A DNA stretch of 64,000 nt, from the NCBI GenBank assembly GCA_965235115.1, contig OZ249439.1, forward strand, positions 18,228,001 to 18,292,000, given 5' to 3'. Within the stretch, counting starts at the first letter, position 1; every line of letters begins with the position of its first letter. Below, in pieces: positions 54,932 through 64,000 of the stretch. A model generated the notes under the pieces. That model was not told the DNA's origin, searched no databases, and saw nothing but the letters and a program-made list of their open reading frames with translations. The translations under genes and the position numbers were made by a program. This DNA is from Laetmonice hystrix. Its lineage: Eukaryota.

Positions 54932-54947
54932 AGCGCCACCTAGTGAC
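54932..54947 (-). promoter_or_regulatory. CTCF-like motif
   Basis: Reverse complement GTCACTAGGTGGCGCT. Motif match only. Confidence 0.45.
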
Positions 54948-55144
54948 TCAGAATCCAGCTCTCTCCCAAAGTGTTGGCATCTCCCCACTGACAACGGACG
55001 ACCTTTTCACACCGGGGAGTTTGAAGGGGACTCACACTACTGGATCTCAGAACACCTACTATCTCACTGGAAATTACCGCATGAAGCATATTGATCACCT
55101 GGCAAGATGTGAAGGAGAACTATCCGAGACTATTCATTACTCAC

Positions 55145-55198
55145 CTCAGCTCCCGGCTTAATTACGCTGGTTTTTGTAATGAGGTGGAAAAGGCTTAC
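55145..55198 (-). CDS. 54-nt exon that itself begins with a 5' splice-site motif (RS-exon-like; VSLFHLITKTSVIKPGAE)
   Basis: A long pyrimidine tract CCCCCTCTTTTTATCTTTTCAG is followed by GTAAGC. Downstream donor GAG|GTGAGT. Open in phase 0-0. Confidence 0.5.
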
Positions 55199-57633
55199 CT
55201 GAAAAGATAAAAAGAGGGGGAATGAGTCAACAGGAATAAGGATATGTTACTCAATGGCACGATGCTCAACTTTCGCCTTCAACTGACAACTATCAACTTC
55301 CAGAATGTTGAATTTCTTCTTTTCACGTCCTGTATCCATCTAAAATGTCTCATCCACACACTGATTTATTATTATATATTCATTGCTGCGAATAATACAT
55401 TTCTAAAAATGGCCATGGCCTCACACATTCAGGCCTGCATACCTTTCAAGAGTAAAGATTTTTAAAAAATGAGAGAAAAAAACAAACCCAGCGGCTAAGA
55501 GCCCGTTGTGTTGTTTCCAATTCAGTTTAAATAGCAGACGTCAGTTTTTTCATATCTAAGTGTTAGCCTAGAATAAAGGTAACACATCATATTTATTTAA
55601 TGTACTTGGCAATGAGAACCCAATATTTTCAAACTTTACTATGTCAATAAAAGAAGAAAAATTAACAAAGGAAAACACTCAAGTGGTAATGGGTATTCAA
55701 CTGGCCTAATGGATTTTCTTGGGCCAGATGACGGGAGGGAATTGTGCGGATCTCATAGAGTGTTGACCTGGCGGCCCCAGATTTCGTAAACTAAGAACTG
55801 CCGCTTCCTCCCCAGCTCCTGGTCCCACCATCCCCTCCACCTGGCGGTCATTATCCCGGCCAGATTTCCTATAACCTCGTAATACACTGCTGACAAAGCA
55901 TGGGAGAATGTACACAGATACAAATCTACACCGGCCGCTTCAGGCATTAAGGCACTCACAAAAATTTATACTAGGCACACACAAAAACATCTAAGGTTGT
56001 GTAGAAACAGACAGGCCTTCACAAAGGAAGCGATTGTCTCCGTGCCACAGCATGACACAGGAAGTGTCCTCTGATGTCACATGACGCTCCGGGTCCATAA
56101 AAAACCGGGTGGAAAGTCTTGTTAGAAACAGTTAACTCCCCTATGTGGTGTCGGGAAGGGAAGAGTCAGGTGTGTGGAGGTAATCTGATAACTACTGACT
56201 GATTGCTACCATACTGGCGGCCCCAAGTTCCGTTCAAGCCCTCACATTCACACAAAGCTTCCGAATACCGTCCAATCAGGACAAGAAATCCATACATCGT
56301 CTCAAGCCTGGGGATACGTTTAAGAGATGAAAGCGTGTTGAACATCACTGCTCCTTAAATCACCGACGATAAGTTCTCAATTATAATCAGAGTAGATGGA
56401 GGTGCCAAATACCACACACCAGTGAATATAATTACCCATTAGGTTTACTTAAAGAGGCAGAACGGTGAATGTCAGCCAGGTATGGTGGACTAGGATTTCA
56501 TTCCATATATTATAGATCTAGTTTCCCTTTTTCTTTATTGCAATCTGAATGTATGAGCCTTTTGAGGGCGTTTCCACAGATATTCTACATTTTAACTATC
56601 ATTTTGGTATCGCTCAGTCTTAGTTTAAATCTGCCCTTCCTCCGAGCTGAGCTTGCCATCCTGGGGATGAGAAACATTTTTTTACTGAGTAGTGGATTAC
56701 CCCCCCCCCCCCTCCCAATCAGATAGGGCCCTCCAAACAATCATATATTTTCAACTCAGTCAATACCAGCAACAGTCAGTCTTGGGGTGTCTCCAAAGAG
56801 GCCTTCACCCAACCTGACTCCTGTTGTGGGAATAAAAACATCAATCAAATAGTAATCAAGGTACACTCAGGTAGGTTTGTACCCCTGTAAATACTGATAT
56901 AATTAAAATATAATTGGATCGTCACAATATTCGCGATTAGCGGTACGTGAAGTACTCTGCCCCCCCAAGTCGGCCTTCAATTATTCCATTACGACCACAA
57001 TTAATGACGTTTTTTAAGAGTTAATATGTATCATTTTCAGCATGTGTTTCCTTCTTTTTAGTTGAGTATTTAATGATGACGGAAGAATCCAGCTGTCACC
57101 AAGCATGATCTAATAGTATAATTAAGCCACCCAATAATGTCCTCCATCACATGATTCTTACTGTACAAAAAACCAGACACGCAGACATTTCTTTGGGACC
57201 AAAACGTCCCCAAAATCTCGTCCACACATAAACATATACATAAAGAAAATGGTTGTTACGTTCGAGCATGGAAATGAGAGTTTCTTTGGTAATTAGCTTA
57301 ATTTACGATCTATAATCTATAATTAGTGCCATTTGTGTAACAGCAGATATATTTTATACACGGTGATCTATTCACCTTAACTTCTTCCATACGAAATGGT
57401 AACTGACGGGAGACAGAAAGAGCAGAGAGGGATCTCCAACTCCCTCTGTCCCATATAAACTCATGGGAAGCTGAACAACTTCCTCCTCATACTAAAAACA
57501 TACAACTGGACGATTCGTGATCAAACATGATAACGGAAACATGGTTTCCTTCTGCATGGAATTTTCTGTGTAGGCCTACGTGACATTTTTACTGCCCCAC
57601 TCCGGCAATAGAACAATCCATGCCGACCAACTC

Positions 57634-57649
57634 CCGACAGGGGGCGCTA
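57634..57649 (+). promoter_or_regulatory. CTCF-like motif
   Basis: CCGACAGGGGGCGCTA. Motif match only. Confidence 0.45.
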
Positions 57650-57889
57650 CTGTGCCTCCCTCCTACTTTATGACCCCACTACAACAATACCTCACTTTTC
57701 ATATATCATATAGTTAACTCCCAACGGGTTTCATTCCTTGGATCCTAAACCATACCTGCTAATTAGTCTTGCTCTGTTCATGTGTCAGTGTTTTCTCCGG
57801 TACCATTTGTCTATTCCTAACTCCCTGAAGGCACAGAGCTGTGGGTTAATGGAAGGCTCAACTCTCTTGTTCGTTAATTCTGGCTTGTT

Positions 57890-59746
57890 GGCTTGTGGAA
57901 TATCTAACTATCTGGGCAGGGGCTTCCATGGTTACCATTGAGTTCAAGGCTTGTGGAATATCTAACTATCTGGGCAGGGGCTTCCATGGTTACCATCAAG
58001 TTCAAGGCTTGTGGAATATCTAACTATTTGGGGAGGGGCTTCCATGGTTACCATCGAGTTCAAGGCTTGTGGAATATCTAACTATCTGGAGAGGGGCTTC
58101 CATGGTTACCATCGAGTTCAAGGCTTGTGGAATGTCTAAGTATCTGGGGAGGGACTTCCATGGTTACCATCGAGTTCAAGGCTTGTGGAATATCTAACTA
58201 TCTGGGGAGGGGCTTCCATGGTTACCATCGAGTTCAAGGCTTGTGGAATATCTAACTATCTGGGGAGGGGCTTCCATGGTTACCATCGAGTTCAAGGCTT
58301 GTGGAATATCTAACTATCTGGGGAGGGCTTCCATGGTTACCATCGAGTTCAAGGCTTGTGGAATATCTAACTATCTGGGGAGGGGCTTCCATGGTTACCA
58401 TCGAGTTCAAGGCTTGTGGAATGTCTAACTATCTGGGGAGGGGCTTCCATGGTTACCATCGAGTTCAAGGCTTGTGGAATATCTAACTATCTGGGGAGGG
58501 GCTTCCATGGTTACCATCGAGTTCAAGGCTTGTGGAATATCTAACTATCTGGGGAGGGGCTTCCATGGTTACCATCGAGTTCAAGGCTTGTGGAATATCT
58601 AACTATCTGGGGAGGGGCTTCCATGGTTACCATCGAGTTCAAGGCTTGTGGAATATCTAAGTATCTGGCGAGGGGCTTCCATGGTTACCATCGAGGTTAA
58701 GGCTTGTGGAATGTCTAAGTATCTGGGGAGGGGCTTCCATGGTTACCATCGAGTTCAAGGCTTGTGGAATATCTAAGTATCTGGGGAGGGACTTCCATGG
58801 TTACCATCGAGTTCAAGGCTTGTGGAATGTCTAACTATCTGGGGAGGGGCTTCCATGGTTACCATCGAGTTCAAGGCTTGTGGAATATCTAAGTATCTGG
58901 GGAGGGGCTTCCATGGTTACCATCGAGTTCAAGGCTTGTGGAATGTCTAACTATCTGGGGAGGGCTTCCATGGTTACCATCGAGTTCAAGGCTTGTGGAA
59001 TATCTAACTATCTGGGGAGGGGCTTCCATGGTTACCATCGAGTTCAAGGCTTGTGGAATATCTAACTATCTGGGGAGGGACTTCCATGGTTACCATCGAG
59101 TTCAAGGCTTGTGGAATATCTAACTATCTGGGGAGGGGCTTCCATGGTTACCATCGAGTTCAAGGCTTGTGGAATATCTAACTACATGTATCTGGGGAGG
59201 GCCTTCCATGGTTACCATCGAGTTCAAGGCTTGTGGAATATCTAACTATCTGGGGAGGGGCTTCCATGGTTACCATCGAGTTCAAGGCTTGTGGAATGTC
59301 TAAGTATCTGGGGAGGGGCTTCCATGGTTACCATCGAGTTCAAGGCTTGTGGAATATCTAACTATCTGGGGAGGGACTTCCATGGTTACCATCGAGTTCA
59401 AGGCTTGTGGAATATCTAAGTATCTGGGCAGGGGCTTCCGTGGTTACCATCGAGTTCAAGGCTTGTGGAATATCTAACTATCTGGGCAGGGGCTTCCATG
59501 GTTACCATCGAGTTCAAGGCTTGTGGAATGTCTAAGTGTCTGGGGAGGGGCTTCCGTGGTTACCATCGAGTTCAAGGCTTGTGGAATATCTAACTATCTG
59601 GGCAGGGGCTTCCATGGTTACCATCGAGTTCAAGGCTTGTGGAATGTCTAAGTGTCTGGGGAGGGGCTTCCGTGGTTACCATCGAGTTCAAGGCTTGTGG
59701 AATATCTAACTATCTGGGCAGGGGCTTCCATGGTTACCATCGAGTT
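57890..59746. repeat. 58-bp minisatellite, about 32 copies
   Basis: Unit GGCTTGTGGAATATCTAACTATCTGGGGAGGGGCTTCCATGGTTACCATCGAGTTCAA. The ORFs here are repeat artefacts. Confidence 0.98.
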
Positions 59747-60485
59747 TAAGTAAGAACCAGACTTTATGATTCCGATTCTCAGAGAAATGAACGCCCGGTG
59801 ACTTGACCTTGCCGTCACGTTAGTTCACCTCTTTGCCACAAGATGTCAGACCAGTCGAGTTACGCCAAAACATGTTATTTATGGGCACTCTCCTTCTGAA
59901 GGCTTGCCGGATCTTTTATCTCTCTATAATAAATGAGAAATCCATCTCCGTTGGACCTCACTCTAGGAACTGTACAGATACTGGTCATCGTTTACAGTTG
60001 TCAGTTTACAGATGTTTGTTTTCTCCAACCTGGGAGTAGGACTGACGGTGAACAATGTTGTCACCCGTGTTAGTGTCTCATGAATCATCGAGGAATCTGC
60101 TGGTCACATTGAAAGCTTTTCATGCCAGATTTACACGATCATTAAGTGACAATAACAATATCACAAAATAAGGTCATTAGTAGGATAAACATCTTTCATA
60201 AAACAAGCTCTCTCGGATAAACTTAACATACAACTATAGCTTCAGGAAACAGGAAAAAAAACGGGGTTGTATATGTTAATGTCTCATCGTCATGCGAATG
60301 TCATAATAAACAGTCATATCAGCTCCTTCATCTCATTAGGTCTCAATTCGTAGCCTGAGAATAAAACCACATGTCCCCGGTAATAAGGAATACGTACATT
60401 TTTACTGAGATTTATCACGATCTCTGCAATCCTTACAATGGGCAGGTGTGCAGCCAGTTTTTGTTTCTTGTTAAAAAAAACTCAC

Positions 60486-60581
60486 CTGGAGCGTGGAGAA
60501 GACAAACAGTATGGTATTGGTCGTGGGAGGATTGTGACGCATCAACATAAACACATTCCAGTTTGACAAGACTTAATTTGA
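60486..60581 (-). CDS. Candidate 96-nt phase 1-1 exon (KLSLVKLECVYVDASQSSHDQYHTVCLLHAP), or a recursive site at its 3' end
   Basis: Donor CAG|GTGAGT, upstream TTACTCAG acceptor, open frame. The last 23 nt also form a good pyrimidine tract. Confidence 0.3.
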
Positions 60582-60890
60582 CTGAGTAAGTGCACACGAC
60601 GAATACCATGGAACTGATTTGTTCTGGTGTTTCTGGCTTTCATCTGTCTTCACATTCTTACCCTACTCATCCAACCACCCATGAAAACTATATTGCACTC
60701 CATCAATCTTTGAAGGCTTCATACAGACTTGGAAGGCTGCCGTGCTACAGCTACTCCTCCTTCACTATTCCTTTAATTAAACGGGAATTACATGTACACG
60801 ACTTATGATTGAGAACCACTGTGTGGGAAGAAGGTGAATCTCCAGCTCATGGAGTAGGCCTATACGTTGGCATGAGGTTATTGCTGCGCC

Positions 60891-61175
60891 ATGTCTGGTG
60901 CCCTCCCTCCCCTCCCTCCCCTCCCTCCCTCTACTGACCCACGGGTACCGGTGACCCCAGCGGGCCGGATCCCGATCACAGCCGAGCCGCCGCCACCGCC
61001 CGGCCTGCGTTATGTCACCACCCTGGCCCAACATCAATACGACATTTACCGGAAGAACAATGTATTAGTACTGCACCATCATTCCAATGGCATGTTCAGA
61101 AGTAAAGAACAAGGAGACAAAAAAATCAACTCAAGTCTCATGGACACGTCATGTTTCGACCCGGCACCGGTATAA
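60891..61175 (+). CDS. Proline-rich ORF, possible first coding exon
   Basis: GCC-ATG context, upstream in-frame stop, CpG-rich. The poly-Pro part derives from a low-complexity CCCT run. Confidence 0.2.
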   Translation: MSGALPPLPPLPPSTDPRVPVTPAGRIPITAEPPPPPGLRYVTTLAQHQYDIYRKNNVLVLHHHSNGMFRSKEQGDKKINSSLMDTSCFDPAPV

Positions 61176-61766
61176 ATAAGTGACGAGATGTAGGCCTATT
61201 GTTCTGAAAGCATGTAGGCAAACTATTCTGTAGTTTCTCTCGCTACAGTTTGAGCAGCTCTGATCCAGCATTCATATAACAGCCTCAGCATTAACCTATT
61301 CATCTATTGTTATTTTTCTTTAGACACATTCCACCGCCTTAGACCATTCCATCATTGGAATAGATGTATACTAACACAAATGAGGAACCTATGTTAGACG
61401 GGAGGCGTTTCTCGAAACTAAAGACAACAATAGTGCTTGTGTCGCTAAGCGTGGAGTCAGTGGACTGATGAGGATCACACTCAGTTGAGTGATGAATCCC
61501 TACTGACAGCTTGCAGGCTACATAACACATAACGTATAATTCATTCTAAATCAATCTAAAGCAACGATATTTACTCGGAAGTGAATATTGGCCAAACTGA
61601 GTATAAGTTGAGAAGAAGACGTACATGCTACTCCACAGTAGTTCACTATAGTTGTTTCTGAGGGAGAGCACTGTTTCTAGTTCGTAGCCCCGCCGCTAGG
61701 TGGAGCATTGATGAGAGATAGATATTCATCGTCTTCCAAGTATTAAAGTCTAGCTTAATTTTCAAG

Positions 61767-61898
61767 GAATTGTAAGCGAGGTTTATTTGTACTGGATTTG
61801 GCGCCTCAGAAAGTACGCCAATTTTGAGGCTAATATCGAGGCGATCACTTTGAAGGTGGAGGCAAGCAGAGTACCAGGAGAAAGCCAGCGACCCTGTC
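61767..61898 (+). CDS. Candidate 132-nt phase 1-1 exon (IVSEVYLYWIWRLRKYANFEANIEAITLKVEASRVPGESQRPC)
   Basis: TAATTTTCAAG acceptor, C|GTAAGT donor, open frame. It overlaps a 135-codon minus-strand ORF, so the strand is uncertain. Confidence 0.25.
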
Positions 61899-62049
61899 GT
61901 AAGTAGTGGACGTCCTGACAGAAAGATGTCATGGCAGTCCCCCCCCCCCCCACCCCCACCCCCGACAAAGTTAGAAATGCCCAGGTAAGGACAACCTGTT
62001 GTGATCCATTGATGACGTATGCCGTTGAGTGTTCCACCTGAGTTAGCAG

Positions 62050-62210
62050 GCCGCGGGCCTCGTGTCCAGGGTGGCGGCGGTCCACACAGGGGCCTTCTTT
62101 AATACCACCTGCTGGCTCTATGACGGTCGAGGCCGGGCTACAGGTCTCCGGGGTCCCATCTACTGTCACCAAATCTACCGGCACACCCACGACAAAACGG
62201 TGGGGCAGAG
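62050..62210 (+). CDS. Candidate exon (AAGLVSRVAAVHTGAFFNTTCWLYDGRG...)
   Basis: Open GC-rich frame after TTAGCAG with a weak donor. Vague resemblance to an Ig-like first strand (VxxGxxFNxTCxL). Confidence 0.18.
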
Positions 62211-64000
62211 GTCAACTGATTCCACCATGCAAGCTCTAAAACCCCGGGCTCGAGCAGTAGAAGTGGGATTGGAGTTGTGTCTGTAACCAACAGGTTTCTT
62301 TTCTCCGTGCTCGAGATTCCAGAAAAAGGCATTAATCACCAAAACTATAAGGTTGGGTTGACATCTATTCAACCAGATGTGCAGGAGTCAGGAGTTTATC
62401 TTTGATCTCATACCTGGGACCCTATCTCATAAAGCGCATCTATCACAGCAAGATTTACGCATATTCTGTGCTACACCGTTATATGATCTTCAGTTCAACT
62501 CAACATTTATATTTCGTATATTTACGACTTTGAGAAGTTTTGCAACCTTGACATTTGCATATTTGTAGTTTTGACAAAAAAGTGGCGCCCCTAAATTTTG
62601 CAGATGTCTTCAGATGAAGACCTTTTATTGCACTCTCTTTGGCATTTTTGTTTACAATCACGAAATATAATAGCATGCAAAATTTCGGCGTTTACAGGGT
62701 CCACAAACTTTGGCTGCCTGATTTCTAAACGCCCATGCTCCGCCTCATGACAAAGGCTTGCCTGGCGAGCTGAGTGGCAAGGGAAGACGAGGTCGCTAAG
62801 AAAACCACAACGCTCATTCTGCCACTGCTGACATAAAATGCTTGCACCCATCATAGGACTTTATGAATGCTCTTCACCAGAGCATGTCTCAAATTGCATG
62901 AACTGTTCTTGATTTGGGATCAACGTTCAAGTTTGTAAACTTAGTCGAGGTGTTCCATTTGACTGATTCATTCAGATAGAAGATACCAAACCCAACAACC
63001 ACTTGCCCTGCCAGCCGGGCCGCCTGTCTGTCAGCCGGCCTGCCTGGAGCGCTGCTATACAACACCATCCCAGCACACACAGACGAACGTGGCTGAAAGC
63101 CCTGCCAAAATATGGAGCCCGGGCTTTGGTCATCCGTGAATCACCCCTTCACAGCAATGGAAACCACACCACAGTTGATCCCGCTTAGCACAACAAAACC
63201 ACACCTCGGCCTACGTACCACTGCCCTCTTCCATGACAGCCTGAAAACACAGGTCCAAGACCGTGTACTTATAAATCACCGAGTGGCTTGCCATAAGCTT
63301 ACAGCTAGTCGTCATAGGTTTTCGATGCCAGTCAAGATATTGGTTTTACTTCCTGTCTGAATCTTACCATCGCTATCAATCATGACAAGAGATCTTAAAA
63401 CAGGGCTCCTTGGCTGTCACAGAGCTACCACAACAGCCACACTACCTTCGATACCTCTCATCTAACTTAACGACTTATCCAAATTATCCTCAACGACTTA
63501 AGACACCTGTACCGAAACAAGAGGCCGTTTCTATTACCGAAGTACGCCTCGCAACTCGGTCTGTTCGTGATACATTCGGTCAGCCCCCCCCCCCCCCCCC
63601 CGGCTCGGAAAGGTAGGCGGGGCTGGTCACTGGGGCCAGTTAACATCCTGGGGGAGATTTGTGGAGAGACAGGAAGGATATAATTTACCGCACTCAGACC
63701 CCTCCAAACAAAAGGTACACGATAACATCACTTCCTTGTGTCATATGCCAGCAATTTGGCATTGCTTCCCCTGGAGCAGTGATCCTGGAGATTGCCAAGT
63801 CTGGTGGAGAGAAATGGTCCCAATTCTGTCCGGAGTATGAGAGAGGGGTTTCACGTAAGACCATAGGCCGTGGTTATCTACTACCAGACATCTTGTGACC
63901 TCGGTGACATGTCGACTTATCTTCTCGGAGGGAGACCTATGACGTCCTGTACGAGTTCCCCGACTGGGCTCCTCACGTCTTTATCTCGACTACTCTGCCT

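Noticed and set aside
58243-59123. ORFs within the 58-bp array
   Set aside because: The unit length is not a multiple of three, so these are repeat artefacts.

Overview
Eukaryotic, animal-like genomic DNA (roughly low-40s % GC by eye). It has no prokaryotic gene organisation, no rRNA, tRNA or CRISPR, and no long ORF outside tandem repeats. It reads as intronic or intergenic sequence. Firmly supported features: about a dozen unrelated tandem arrays (21-108 bp units), two MITEs near 3.1-3.7 kb (one Tc1/mariner-like, one PIF/Harbinger-like with a CAG target duplication), and a 34-50 bp hairpin insertion present twice, each copy with its own flanking direct repeat. Less firmly supported: about nine CTCF-like motifs and scattered short exon candidates, none assignable to a named gene. 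By manual count, strong CAG|GTRAG donor motifs are skewed to the minus strand, suggesting a long minus-strand transcript. Several of these sit directly behind a branch point and pyrimidine tract (AG|GT), the signature of recursive splice sites. Top leads: the recursive-splice-like sites, the micro-hairpin element, and a TA-CATG-TA footprint in one copy of a 32-copy minisatellite. All coding calls are low confidence and made by eye.
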